64,000 nt of DNA, taken from NCBI RefSeq assembly GCF_009914755.1, contig NC_060935.1; one strand, given 5' to 3'. The notes below the pieces were generated by a model. It was not told the origin of the DNA. It made no database searches and saw only the letters and a list, made by a program, of their open reading frames with translations. This DNA is from the human T2T-CHM13v2.0 reference genome, Homo sapiens. Positions 46,290-59,876 of the stretch are shown here, piece after piece. Every line of letters starts with the position of its first letter. The stretch's first letter is position 1. Both the position numbers and the translations under genes were made by a program.

Positions 46290-47241
46290 GCCCTTAGCTA
46301 TCTGTTTTTCCAGTTACTGCTATTGGGTTAGGATTTCCCTGAAGAAATTTTCCTAAAGCTTTTCCCTGCTGATATCCCATGTTCTTTAACATTTTAAGTT
46401 CTGGGTTATCAAAAGTTTCATTTGTAAGTCTCATATCCCATGCTGTAAGTCTCAACCCCATAATTTGATGGCTATACTTGCAACATGAGGCTGAAAAGTA
46501 CATGACTGTCCATCCACACCAAGACAAGATAAAATTTCAGCATACTGTTGAACACTTTGAGCTGTTCCTACTCCCATTAGGGACATAGAAGTTAATTGCA
46601 AGGGCCAGGATGGGGGGCCAATTGTCTTTACATATTACTGAAACATCAGCTCCCATATCCATAAGCCCATAAAATGTCTGTCCTTTAATTTGTACTACAC
46701 AGGTGGCTCTATTAGAGGCTATGGGTTGGGATAGATAGATTTCCCAAGTAGTTGTGCTCCCAAACCCTTTATTTCCTCATTTCTCCTTTCATGGAGAAGG
46801 GTGTAATTTGCAGGGAATAAGCAATAATTGAGCAATATATTATCCCGGTTCAAAAACCCAAAGATCTTGTGACATTAAAACTACTTGAATTTCTCCTTCA
46901 TAATCAGAGCCAGTCACTACAGTAATGCCTTGCAAGTTAAGGCAGCTTTTGCCTAAAATTAGTCTCATATATCCTGCTGGTAAAGGTCCCCAAATGCCAG
47001 TGGGAACTTTCATAGGTTTGTCTCCACCAACTAAAGTGATTCTTTCTCTGGCGGGTAGATCTAATCCTGCACTTCCTGGTGTTCCTGGGGTGAGGGGATC
47101 AATGTGCCTCTGGGAACTGACCTCTGAAATGGGGTTGAGGTCTGGACTGGGAATGCCCTTATTGTTTGTGGGGCCTGGGTCCAGGCCCCCATCTCGTTTC
47201 CCAGCAGGGGGGTGCCATTCTGATGAAATTTTGAGTGGCAC
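46290..47241 (-). pseudogene. pro: HML-6 dUTPase-protease with G-patch
   Basis: TPGSAGLDL and DYEGEIQV (dUTPase), GLMDMGADV (catalytic DTG changed to DMG), MLKNMGYQQGKALGK (G-patch). Confidence 0.9.
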
Positions 47242-48670
47242 TGATTAGCCCAGTGATTTCCTTTCATACAGTGAGGACAGAATCCTGGTGTTTATTCTGC
47301 TGGGTGGGGCACTGCATTGTAAGGTCCTTTCTGTCCTGAGATCTGGCAGCATTCCTTTTTAAAATGTCCAGTTTTTCCACAATTATAATATTTTCCCGTT
47401 TTGGGGTTTGACCCTTGGCTCCTTTTAGATTTGTCAACTGATAAATTAGCTATTGCTTGTGCTAACATTGCAGAGTGATGAAGCTCAGTTCCTACATCTT
47501 GACAAGCTCTGAGAAAATTTCCCAAGTTTTTTGTACACTTCACCAGTGCCAGTGCACATTTACAATCCGTGTTTGCATCCTCAAAAGCTAGTGTTAAGGT
47601 TAGCATTTCTGCAGCCGCAGTATGAGAAATCTCACGCTTCACTGCCTCTTGTAATCATGCAAGAAATTGCACATAGGGTTCCTGCAACCCTTGCATGATA
47701 CATAAAAAGGATTGTACTGGGACTCCTTCAGGAATAGTGGCCCAGGTGCATTTAGTGCCCTGTGCACACTGCTGATAAGCAACATCTGGGAGTCCCATTT
47801 GAGGTTCCAGGTCTGAATAAGGGCCATTACCTAATAGCATATCCTCTGTAATGTCTCCATTTCCAGCAGCACAGTTCTGTCTAGCCTGGTCTGCACACAT
47901 TTCTTGCCAATTTAAATTCCATGTCAGATATGCAGTAGCCGACAAGCAAATTCACGCCAAGTGTTTCACATCAAATGGTAAAAGACGCATTGCACCAAAC
48001 ACAGATTCTAGCAATCCTAAGGTGAATGGGTTCTGTACGCCATTGTTTACCACACTCGCTTTTAATTCCTTTAACAAGTTAAAATCTAGTGGAGTGTGTT
48101 CATGAATAACCTGCTGTGCATTGTTAGGATTAGGCCTTATGGAAATAGGAAAAGCGTGAGGTCCTAAGGGCTCTCCAGCTATTGCAGCAGAGCATAAAAT
48201 TCTTTGTATTGGAGTCTCTATTTCTGCCACCAAAGGAGGCGGTACAAATGTTTCTGCAACTGGAGGAGGCAGTATAGGCCAACTTTTATCCTCCCTCTCC
48301 TGTTTTTTATTTTCAGTTGGAGCTGTGGGTGGGACAACAGATTCTTTTAGATTTTTAGATTCAGCCTGCTGTCCCGCAGAATAATGAGATAATAGCAGAA
48401 GTACAGTACAAACTAAACTCCAAGTGGAGAAAACAGAAGAATCAACTTCAAGACCTTTTTGATGAGCCTGTTTTAATCCTTCTCCTGCTCTATCCCAGTT
48501 TTCCACATCAAGAGTGCCTGCCTGTGGAAACCATGAGTTATGCATAATAACTTTGTGTGGCTTCTGCAGGAGGTTAGTGTCTGAGAATTAACCTGAGCTC
48601 CAGACTGTCTCAACAGAACTTTAAGCAACTGCACATAATGTTTTTCTTCAACAGACAAGTTATTCCCCCT
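47061..48670 (-). pseudogene. gag: HML-6 gag
   Basis: GNNLSVEEKHYVQLLKVLL and WFPQAGTLDVENWDRAG (MA), IMQGLQEPYVQFLA (MHR), and Zn knuckles YYNCGKTGHFKKEC and KGNHWANQC. Start codon lost and several frameshifts. Confidence 0.92.
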
Positions 48671-48946
48671 GCTACCCTGATTCAGAAAGCTTCCCATTCC
48701 CAGCACTTCTATAAAGCACTGCTCCCAGTACCTCTTTAGAGCACTGACCTTATATATGCTGCCGGCAGACTCATCCTGGGGTCCCCGTTTGCCTTGTCAA
48801 TTTCAGCTTCTCTGCTCCAGCAGATCTTTTTTGTTCACATCGTCGAAGTCCCGTGTTCAGACGCCACTTGTTGGCATCCTTGGCGTCCCTGTTCTGAGTC
48901 ACCACTTGCTGAGAACCCAATTCTGTCACTGTTTGGGGCACCACTA

Positions 48947-49378
48947 TGTAACCTGCATGGACCTAGGGGGACTGAACAAAGGGGGCAAACACGGGAATAA
49001 AAGACAAGAGGCAAAAGAGTATATTTGGAAGAAGGGGTCGGAGGGCACCTTGTCTCTAGTGGACAAGGGCCCTGAGCTTTACACTGCCCTCCATATTTAT
49101 TAGGCAATAGAGATTGTGAGAAGGTGGGGAGTGGTTGTTGGCCAGCAGCTTGATTCGCAGCAGGCTTGCAAGACTGCATTCTTAGGTGCTAGACTTCTCA
49201 ATAGATAACTTCAAGGAGCCCAGCGCCAGGGAGTGAGGCCCTCAACAAACCTTTTGGTGGCAGGGCAGTGTGAGTTTGCCCACATCCTGCATTCATGATA
49301 AACAGTTTGCTGTTTGATCCTATAGCCTCCAGCGAAATGCTGAGTTGGTCACTTCCCAGGGGCCTTCAGCTCCCTGCA
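48947..49378 (-). repeat. 5' LTR (LTR3)
   Basis: Starts TGCAGGGAGCTG and is followed by a PBS-like sequence. Confidence 0.92.
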
Positions 49379-49765
49379 CCTCACATTCTGTATTTGTCCT
49401 GATTAGCCAGCAACTTAGAACTTTTTAAAAGAGGCAAAGGCAGAGGAGAACAAAGGAGGAAGTAACTTGTGGAATGCTGAGAAAGGTAAAAACACCTCCA
49501 AATAAGGAAGAGGAACAGACTATGACTTAATACTTGCTTGGACCAGTGTAAGCATGCCAGGGCAAATATTTAGGCTAAATTGTGGGAGCTAAGAACACAA
49601 AGTACATTGATTTCTTTATTATAGCTAGCAGATATCTAAGAATGTTAGCACAGGTCTTTGAATAAATTTTGTTTCTGAGAGAAGTTACTATTTATTCCTA
49701 ATTAGATGGGGAGGAAAGTCTCTTTGAAGAGGAACCTCTATTTTATTTTTACACTCAGAAGCCCG

Positions 49766-49846
49766 GGCAGCTCTGCCGGGAGTGCAGGGAGGCAGCTCTC
49801 CTGGGGGTGCAGGTAGGCAGCTCTGCCGGGGGTGCGGGGAGGCAGC
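49766..49846. repeat. GC-rich 25-bp tandem repeat, about 3.2 copies
   Basis: ggcagc at 49766, 49791, 49816 and 49841. Confidence 0.9.
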
Positions 49847-49929
49847 CAGGGTTTTGTTGCACTTCCATCTACTGGCAGCACACACAGAAAGGAAATACTC
49901 CCAGTGGCTAGATTCCACCCATCATATCA

Positions 49930-51834
49930 TTGGACTGAGTGAAAACTTTCAGAACTCTAATTTAAAAAATGAATGCATTCATGAATATTACTAACCTAAC
50001 ATCCAGCTGAATAATAATTAAATACATGGGGCTAGCCTGACAGAGGGTGGAAATGCTTTCTTTAACTTTTCTCTTTGAAACATTGCTGATTATTTTATGT
50101 TTTGTTTTCCAGAGTCAAGAAAATGTCTCTTTTTAGCTAATTATAGCTTACAGCAACTGGGTAACCTTTTGTGAGCAAAATTAAAACATCTGCATTTCTC
50201 CCTACCTGATTTCTCTAAAATTTGGAAACTATTCATGAGTATTTGTATTTTGTGGCAATATAGTTATTTGCATAAGATCAATAAGAATCTGTTTTCTTTT
50301 GTAACAGAACACATTGGATACACTGGTTATTTTACCAAGGCTTTGGCTGGAATGTTACATTTTTGAATGTGACCAAACTGCTTTGAGGAATTGAGGCTGA
50401 CTTTATAAAGCCAATAGACATGGGAAAGACTGGCCTCATGCCTTGCCCACACGGTTCTCTTACAAGGTTCCTCAGCTTGCGGTAAGTAAAGACTGTCATT
50501 TTCTGATGCACCCAGGAACCACAAGATATTTTGGGTCATTGAGAAGATAGGAATTCACTCAATTTTTACATATGTTACAAGCAGTCCCACAGTGAATCCC
50601 TGGCTTGGCTTACTAGTCTTGAGAGGTTTTAAAAGTGTAATCTGAGATTTCTTATTAAAAATTCTGCAAAGTCAATGGAAAAGAGCCTATATGGCCAATC
50701 ATTCTTCTTGTTGCACATTTTGCAAATAATCAGGCCAAGTATAATACTAAAACTTATTTAGCCAATAAATTTGTCCTACTAACATTTATATTTGGTAGGA
50801 ATGGGGAACTGGGGAGAGAAAAAAATTGTTTTAGAAGGAAACTATACCATCCTTCTTATAAGATTCTAGCCCTGACCATTGTTTTTTAGTTGTTTTTTAG
50901 TTTTTACTATTTGTCTACAATTTGGACTGAATTCTGAATAATGTCCCAGCTCTAACAATCCTCCAAAGAAGAAATTGGATTTAATTTCCTTCATGATATT
51001 TTTAGTTGACTCCCCAGTAGAATAGGTTTTGTTGTTGTTGTTCTGATATACAAATTCTTTTTTTGATTATAATTCCTATATGCATTACATATATCTCTTG
51101 TTTTACTTCTTCCACAAAGACTAAACTCATGATATTCTGAAGACTAACAATGATTCAACAAGCAACAGCAACTACATACTTGACTGAGGTGCCATTTTTG
51201 CCACCTGTGATGCCATCTCAATTTGGCTTTTGACAGTCTTAAAATTCCTCATTGTAACATTTCCTCACCTCTCCTTCCCATGTGAGACAGCACCATCATG
51301 AGCCTTCTCAAACTGAAGGAGGAAGGATATTGATCACTCTAACCTAAGCAGAAATTGATCATTAATGTTTCCATGGAAAGATTTTTGATCAACAGGTGGG
51401 AAATGAGAAAAAAAATTGCTCAGAGCCATCTAAGTTATGTGAAGCATACAAAATTTGTCAGGCCCAGAGAGACATGAGTATGGTTATGGGACCTCAATCA
51501 CACCTCTCACACCCATACCCAGGGCCAACTGTTTAAAGACATTTTGTTCCTGACTAGCTGCTTTGCCCATTATCTTCATGTTCCTGGAGTTTGTGATACA
51601 AAGAACAATGTATAACCAATCAATAGCTTATGTTATTTTAATGTAAATTCTTGGTAAACAACTTGGGAACTGCCTCTTTGTTTCCTTTAAAACCCACTTG
51701 TAACTGCTGCTCATAGGGGTGTATATTCAGGTTAACTTGCATCTACGCTCTTGCGTTGCAGTGTTCAAGCTTAGTCCAAATGAACTCTCTACTTACATTG
51801 TTTGCCTCGATTTTTTTTCTTCTTTCAGTTGACA
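49930..51834 (+). mobile_element. MER4-group non-autonomous ERV1 3' internal region plus 3' LTR (51404-51834)
   Basis: PPT-like aacaggtgggaaa, then a TG...GTTGACA LTR. Upstream sequence resembles MER4-group internal regions. Confidence 0.7.
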
Positions 51835-52325
51835 TATCAATGCAAGGGACCGGAGCAAATATTCCTAGACTGAAACAGATTAAATGCAAGAAAGAGAAGA
51901 AAACTTGAAAATATGCATTATCATTGTAGAGAGACTCAATGATTTTTAAAAGAGCATATTCTCAAAAAAAAAGAGATCAATTTTAAAACAATATAGGGGA
52001 AATCTTAAAATGGTTTTAAAAATAACTCTGTGGAGAAATGGAGTAACAAAATAGATAACACTGAATACCAAATGATGAGTTAGAAATTCACAGAATGAAT
52101 TTGATTGAAATTCACGTAAAATTAATGAGAAGTAAAAATTATCATGAAAAAGATAGGAAACATGGAGAATTGATCTGATAGCTCCAATACTCATAGGAGT
52201 TTAGATTAAAAAGCAGAAGTGGGGTGGAAGCTATACCCCAAAATAAAAAAGAGCAGAAATAAAAGCAAATCTCATTTTTGCTACACTGGAACTAGAAAAC
52301 AGTGAAATAATGTTTAGAGTTTCTT

Positions 52326-52629
52326 TCTTCTTCTTCTTTTTTTTTTTTGACAAAGTCTCCCTCTTGTCCCCTAGGCTGTAGTGCAATGGTGCGATCTCAG
52401 CTCACTGCAACCTCTGTGTCCTGGGTTCAAGTGATTCTCCTGCCTTGGCCCCCTGAGTAGCTGGGATTACAGGTGCCTGCCACCACACCCAGCTAATTTT
52501 TTTATTTTTAGTAGAGACGGTGTTTCACCACGTTGGCCAGGCTGGTCTAGAACTCCTGAACTAGGGTGATCCACCCACCTCAGCCTCCCAAAGTGCTGGG
52601 ATTACAGGAGTGAACCACCGATCCCAGCC
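52326..52629 (-). mobile_element. AluS
   Basis: Perfect 15-bp TSD TGTTTAGAGTTTCTT at 52311-52325 and 52630-52644. Confidence 0.93.
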
Positions 52630-52782
52630 TGTTTAGAGTTTCTTAAAGCATAACTATTGAAACCCAGGAATTGTATAGCCAACCAAACCTGTGGCATATA
52701 GAAAAATTATTTTAAAATAAAAGCTTTAGGCAAAATAAATTTAATAGAATTTATTTTAGCAAAGAACAATTCATGAATCAAG

Positions 52783-53353
52783 TATTGGGGGTCAGGAAGT
52801 GTTGCCCCAAAGACTGGCACTTTGATATGCTGAGTGGCCTAGAAGCTGCCTCAGAATCAAGGTCCCTCCAACCTTGTCTTACCCCCAGACACACACCTGC
52901 ATTGCAGGAAGGGGCTGTCTCTGGGATTTTCTTATCTGTCCCGGAAAGCTTCTTTCCAAAAACAATGCAATTGCCTTTCTTCTCCTTCCTGAAATCTCAT
53001 TACAGATCACAAAAAAAGGAGACAGGAATGCAACCTCACCTGGAAGGACTTTTTCATAAGAAAATAACAATCTCTCAGGTTCATTCAAATTCCAAAAAGA
53101 ATCATTTACAAGTTAAGTTCTGTCCATTTGCTTCCCCTAATAATCATTTGCTACCCCTCAAAAGAATTGTCTACATTCCCCATCTCCCTCCCCTCCTATG
53201 AAAAGGGTATATAAGTTTCTGTGTCCCATTGGGTTATTGGGTAATCATTCTCCTGCAGTTCCCCCAGGCTATACACGTTAAAATAACTTTTGCATGCCTT
53301 TTCTCCTACTGATCTGCCTTGTGAGTTGATTTTCAGCAAACCTTCAGAGAGGG
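52783..53353 (+). mobile_element. MER39/MER34-like LTR
   Basis: tattgggggtcagg...ccccaaagactggcactttgatatgctgag start and ttttcagcaaaccttcagagaggg near the end. Confidence 0.65.
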
Positions 53354-53354
53354 C

Positions 53355-53826
53355 TACTGGTTGCCCATTTTTATGGTTATTTCTTGATTATATGCTAAGC
53401 AAGGGATGGATTATTCATGAGTTTTCTGGGAAAGGAGTGGACAATTCCTGGAACTACGGGTTCATCCCCTTTTTAGACCAAATAGTGTAATTTCCTGACA
53501 TTGCCATGACGTTTGTAAACTTTCATGGCACTAGTGGGAGTGTCTTTCAGCATGCTAATGAATTATAATTAGCATATAATGATCTGTGAGGATGCCCAGA
53601 AGTCACACTCCTTGCCATCTTGGTTTTGGTGAGTTTTGACCAGCTTCTTTACTGTAACCTATTTTATCTGCCAGGTCTTTATGACCTGTATCTCCTGCCA
53701 ACCTCTTATCTCATGCTGTGACTAAGAATGCCTTAACCTCCTGGGAATGCAGCTCAGTAAGTTCCATCCTTATTTTACCCAACCTCTATACAAGATGGAG
53801 TCACTCTGGTTTAAATGCCTCTGACA
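53355..53826 (-). mobile_element. MER41(B-like) LTR, 3'-truncated, nested in a MER57-like LTR (52712-52782 and 53827-53907)
   Basis: The minus strand starts TGTCAGAGGCATTTAAACCAGAGTGACTCCATCTTG. Confidence 0.85.
53424..53453. promoter_or_regulatory. Tandem GAS (STAT) motifs in MER41
   Basis: TTCTGGGAA at 53424-53432 and TTCCTGGAA at 53445-53453. Confidence 0.65.
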
Positions 53827-54455
53827 ACTCCATTTTGGTTTGATCTATTAGGGCACAATGCAGGAGCTCAGTCTAAATCAATAGCCTCCTGTAAATTTTA
53901 TTTAACAAAGGCAAATGGAAAACTGTTTTAGACATGCAAGGATGCAGAATGTATAACAATTATACAACATTTGAAAAAAATAACTGTTGGAGAAACTGAA
54001 ACCAAATAAAAGTTCTTCTGAAAAAAAAGCTGAAGAAAAGGGAACATGTAGGATACAAAAGTGATAAGCCATTTTTAAATCAGAAAATCTTATAGTTCAA
54101 TTTTAAAATAATTTGTCATGTATAACAACATATAATGTAATAATAAATGAAAGGCTATGAAAAGAGGTATAATAGAAAAAATAACAACAGTATTATACTA
54201 AAATATCTGATTATTTTCACAAACCTGGGAATGATAGCTGGGGAAAACAAGAAAATGCTTGCTTAAAGCCTTACCAATTAAAGGAATTACATAAAGGTTC
54301 TGCTCTCCAACCCAGACAAACCACAAAATAGCAAATGTTGAAACTCAACATCTGTTAAGTGATTATCATATGCCAGGCATAGCTCTAAGTACTTTACATT
54401 TATTATTAAATAACTCCTTTAATAAGTCTCAAATATTTAAACTATCCTGTAGGAC

Positions 54456-54630
54456 AGGGCTACTGCAAGTGTAATTCTGGATCAGCAAGGACTAAGAGCT
54501 TGTTAGAAATGCAAGTTTTTGGGCCCCACCCCAGACCAACTGAATCCAAATCTCTGGGGAGGTGTCCATGAATCTGTTTTAATCAGCTCTCCAGGTGATG
54601 CTTTTGCACCCTAAAATTTGAGAAGCACAC
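54456..54630. mobile_element. MER5A-type DNA transposon
   Basis: gagcttgttagaaatgcaa...ggccccaccccagaccaactgaatc...ctccaggtgat. Confidence 0.8.
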
Positions 54631-55293
54631 ATCTCCTCAGTTAACGTGCTAGGATGAACTGGTATATTTCAAATGCATTAAAAGTTTACCAGGAAATAAT
54701 GATCTTCTTAGACTTCTGAGAGCCCAGGCAACACCTGAAGCAACCAGAGTCCCAGAACATTGTCACTGTCCTCTCTGTGGGCTTCTCAGAAACTGGCTGA
54801 AACAGACGTGTGTCTGATGGGACCCTCTGTTCCCCACAGACAGTGAGCACTGTAAGTGATGTCTGGCATCACCACTCTGCCGGAAGCCACTGAGTGAAGG
54901 CTAGGAGATGCTTTAAACAATGTGCTGCTGCCTTGGTGGCTAAGAGGTTCCAGGTGCCCAGAGGAGTGCAGCATACACGCAATAATGTAGCTCATTCAGA
55001 GAATCAGAGTGGGCAGTTATCAGTTAGGGGCCTCTTGTGGGCACAGCTCTAGAAGGTGGCCCCAAATCTCTGCCTTTACATAGTCTTATGCTCATTTCCG
55101 TCTTAACTACCTGGTAGCAACTGTTCTTGCTTTGCATGTGCGTGCTGCAGAATAGCACTTCCTTATGATGAAAGAAAAACTTAAGTACATTTCAATTTTA
55201 GAGAGTTTATTGGAGCATTCAGAGATTCAAGAATTGGGGCAGCACCAGACCACAAGGGGCTATCACTCCATCAAGAAAGGCAAGAGGGGAAAC

Positions 55294-55746
55294 TTTCATG
55301 TGCGTCCGTGTGAAGAGACCACCAAACAGGGTTTGTGTGAGCAACATGGCTGTTTATTTCACCTGGGTGCAGGCGGGCTGAGTCCGAAAAGAGAGTCAAC
55401 AAAGGGAGATAAGGGTGGGGCCGTTTTATAGGATTTGGGTAGGTAAAGGAAAATTACAGTCAAAGGGGGTTTGTTCTCTGGCGGGCAGGAGTGGGGGTCG
55501 AAAGGTGCTCAGTGGGGGTGCTTTTTGAGCCAGGATGAGCCAGGAAAAGGACTTTCACAAAGTAATGTCATCACTTAAGGCAAGGACTGGCCATTTACCC
55601 TTCTTTTGTGGTGGGATGTCATCAGTTAAGGTGGGGCAGGGCATATTCACTTCTTTTGTGATTCTTCAGTTACTTCAGGCCATCTGGGCATATACGTGCA
55701 AGTCACAGGGGATGCGATGGCTTGGCTTGGGCTCAGAGGCTTGACA
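55294..55746 (-). repeat. 3' LTR7
   Basis: Direct repeat of 60609-61050. Confidence 0.96.
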
Positions 55747-58700
55747 TTCCTGCCTTCTTATATTAATAAGAAAAATAAAATAGTGTTGAAGTGCTGGGGC
55801 GGTGAAAATTTTTGGGGGGTTGGTATGGAGAGAGAATGGGCGATGTTTGTCAGGGCTGCTTCAAGCGGGATTGGGGCGGCGTGGGAACCTAGAGTGGGAG
55901 AGATTAAGCTGAAGGGAGGTCTTGTGGTAAGGGGTGATATTGCGGGGATGTTAGAAGAAACATTTGTCGTATAGAATGATTGGTGATGGCCTGGATACAG
56001 TTTTGTATGAATTGAAAAACTAAATGGAATAACAGAAGGAGAAAAACAGGTATAAAAGGTCTAAGAATTGGGACGACTCAGGATATCTGATTAGAGAGTG
56101 CCTAAGGAGATTCAGCATAGTCCTGCCAGCAAAGATTATTTATTTACTTCAAGAGTTAAGAGTGGCAGTTTGGGGATAGCACCAGGAGATATCAGCTGTG
56201 ATGGCTTGGAAAAACAGTGTAAACCGGCAGTGTAAACAAGAGCAGGGCATGTATGAGTAGTTGAGAATGGTGAATAGGAGTATGACTAGATAAAAGATAG
56301 TAGGGATGACAAGTTTTTTTGGGGGCACAGTCTAAGTTGGTCTGGTGTCTGGAATGAGACTGGGGCCTAACAAAAAGGAGCGTCTATACAGGAGCTTAAA
56401 TGGGCTGTACCCTGTAGCATTCCGAGGACAGGCCTGAATTCTGAGAAGGAAAAGTGGTAAAAGTATTGTTCAGTCCTTTTTAAGTTGGTGGCTGAGCTTG
56501 GTGAGGTGTGTTTTTAAAAGACCTTTAGTCCGTTCTACTTTTCTTGAAGATGGAGGACCGTAAGGGATATAAAGGTTTCACTGAATACTAAGAGCCTGAA
56601 AAACTGCTTGGCTGATTTGACTAATAAAGGCTCATCTGTTATCAGACTGTATTGAGGTGGGAAGGCTAAACTGAGGAATTATGTCTCACAGAAGGGAAGA
56701 AATGACTGCAGTGGCCTTCTCAGACCCTGTAGGAAAGGCCTTTACTTATTCAGTGAAAGTGTCTATTTAGACTAAGAGGTATTTTAGTTTCCAGACTCGG
56801 GCATGTTGAGTAAAGCTAATTTGCCAGTCCTGGGTGGGGGCAAATCCTTGAACTTGATGTGTAGGGAAGGGAGGGGGCCTGAATAATCCCTGAGGAGTAG
56901 CAGAATAGCAGATGGAACACTGAGAAGTTATTTCCTTGAGGATAGATTTCCATGATGGAAAGGAAATGAGAGGTTCTAAGAGGCGGGCTAGTGGCTTGTA
57001 CTATAGCATAACCTGCCTTTGCTGGTGTGCAGCGATTAGGCTCGGTGGAACCATCATCAATAAATCAAGCGTGATCAGGGTGAGGAACAGGAAAGAAGGA
57101 AATTTGGGGAAATGGGGTGAATGTCAGGTGGATCAGAGAGATACAGTCATGGGGGTCAGGTGTGGTATCAGGAATAATGTGGGAGGCTGGATTGAAGTCT
57201 GGGCCAGGAACAGTGGTAATTGTGGGAGACTCAACAAAGAGTGAGTACAGCTGAAGGAGCCGGGAAGCAGAAAGTATATGCATCAGGTATGAGGAAGAAA
57301 ATAGATTTTTGAAGTTATGAGTGTAGAGAGTGAGTTGAGCATAGTTTGTGATTTTGAGGGCCTCTAAAAGTATTAAAGCAGCGGCAGCCGCTGCACGCAG
57401 ACATGAGGGCTAGGCTAAAACAGTAAGGTCAAGTTGGACAGAAAGGCTACAGGGTATGGTCCTGGCTTTTGTGTAAGAATGCTGACCGCACTAACCATGC
57501 CTACGAAGGAAAGAAGTTGTTGTTTTGTAGAAGGAGCTTGGATTTGAGAGATCAGTCGGACACGATTGGCAGGGACAGCACGTGTGTTTTTATGAGAATT
57601 ATGCCGAGATAGGTAACAGATGAGGAAGAAATTTGGGCTTGATTGAAGCAATGGGGGCTGTCTGTGAAGCTTTGCTGCAGTACAGCCTAGGTAATTTGCT
57701 GAGCTTGATGAGTGTCGGGGTCAGTCCAAGTGAAAGCGAAGAGAGGCTGGGATGAAGGGTGAAAAGGAATAGTAAAGAAAGCATGTTTGAGATCCAGAAC
57801 AGAATAATGGGTTGTAGAGGCAGGTATTGAGGATAGGAGAGTATATGGGTTTGGCACCACAGGGTGGATAGGCAAAACAATTTGGTTGATAAGGCGCAGA
57901 TCCTGAACTAACTTCTAAGGCGTGTCTGGTTTTAGGACAGGTAAAATGGGGGAATTGTAAGGAGAGTTTATAGGCTTTAAAAGGCCATGCTGTAGCAGGC
58001 AAGTGATAACAGGCTTCAATCTTTTTAAAGCATGCTGTGGGATGGGATATTGGTGTTGAGTGGGGTAAGGGTGATTAGGTTTTAATGAGATGGTAAGGGG
58101 TGCATGATCGGTCACCAAGGAGGGAGTAGAGGTATCTTATACTTGTGGGTTAAGGTAGGGGGATACAAGAGGAGGACGCAAAGAGGCTTTGGATTGGGAA
58201 GAAGGGTGGCAATGAGATATAGCTGTAGTCCAGGAATAGTCAGGGAAGCAGATAATTTAGTTAAAGTGTCTCAGCCTAATAAGGGAGCTGGGCAGGTGGG
58301 GATAACTAAAAAGGAGTACTTAAAAGAGTGTTGTCTAAGCTGGCACCAGAGTTGGGGAGTTTTAAGAGGTTTAGAAGCCTGGCCGTCAACACTCACAACA
58401 GTTATGGAGGCAAGGGAAACAGGCCCTTGAAAAGAAGGTAATGTGGAGTGGGTAGCCTCTGTACTGATTAAGAAGGGGATGGGCTTATCTTCCACTGTGA
58501 GAGTTACCTGAAGCTCAGCGTCCGTGATGGTCTGGGGGCTTCTGAGGTGATCAGGCAGTGTCAGTCTTCAGCCGCTAAGCCGAGAAGATCTGGGAAGGAG
58601 TCAGTCAGAGAGCCTTGGGCGAGAGTTCCAGGGCTCTGGGAGTGGCTGCCAGGTGAGTTGAACAGTCCAATTTTCAGTGGGGTCCTACACAGATGGGACG

Positions 58701-59876
58701 CAGCTTAGGAGGAATCCCGGGCTGCGGGCATTCCCTGGCCCAGTGGCCAGATTTCCGGCACGTGTAGCAAGCTCCTGTGGGAGGAGGTTCTGGAGGAACA
58801 CCTGGCCGCTGCGGTTCAGGTGTTTGGAAGTTCTTGTGTGCTGGAGATGTGGCTGGGGTTTGTCTCACAGTGGAGGCAAGGAGTTGCAACTTTTTTCTGT
58901 TATTGTACACCTTGAAGGCGAGGTTAATTAAATCCTGTTGTGGGGTTTGAGGGCCGGAATTTAATTTTTGGAGTTTTATTTAATGTCGGGAGCAGATTGG
59001 GTAATAAAATGTGTTTTGAGAATAAGACGGCCTTTTGACCTTTTAGGGTCTAGGGCTGTAAAGTGTCTCAGGGTTGCTGCCAAACAAGTCATGAACTGGG
59101 CTGGATTTTTATATTTGATGAAAAAGAGCCTAAACGCTATCTGGTTTGGGATAAAGAAAAAGGAGCATTAACCTTGACTGTGCCTTTAGCTCTAGCCACC
59201 TTTTTAAGAGTAAATTGCTGGGCAGGAGGGGGAGGGCTAGTCATGGAACGAAACTGTAAGCCGGACCAGGTGTGAGAAGGGGCAATGATAAAAAGATTCT
59301 AGGGTGGAGGAGCAGAGGCTGAGGAAGAATAGGGACCTAGCTCGGCCTGGCGAGGAGCAGCCTGGGGAGGAAGGGAGAGGTCAGATGGGTCTGTAGAAAA
59401 GGAAGATTAGAAAGACTCAGAGACACTTGGGGTTGGTACTGAGGGGACAGGCAGGAGGGAAAGAAGGAAGATTTGGGATGAGTTGCACTGGGCACAGAGA
59501 CTAGGAAGGCCCTGTTGTGTAAAAGAATGCCTGGATGTCAGGCACCTCAGACCGTTTGCCTATTTTATGACAAGAATTATTTAGATCTTGTAGGATGGAA
59601 AAATTCAAAGTGCCATTTTCTGGCTATTTGGAACTACTGTCGAGTTTGTATTGGGGTCAGGCGGCATTGCAGAAGAAAATAAGGCATTTAGGTTTTAGGT
59701 CAGGTGTGAGTTGAAGAGGTTATAAGTTTTTGAGAACACAGGCCAAGGGAGTAGAAGGAGGAATGGAGGGTGGAAGGTTGCCCATAGTGAAGGAAGCAAG
59801 CCTAGAGAAAAGAGAGAGTAGAGAAACGGAGGGAAGGGGTTTGGGGGTTCTTACCTTCCAGAAAAGTGGGAAAAGG

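Noticed and set aside
49540-49570. p53 site in LTR10C
   Set aside because: Only one imperfect half-site (AAGCATGCCA). The second half does not fit the consensus.
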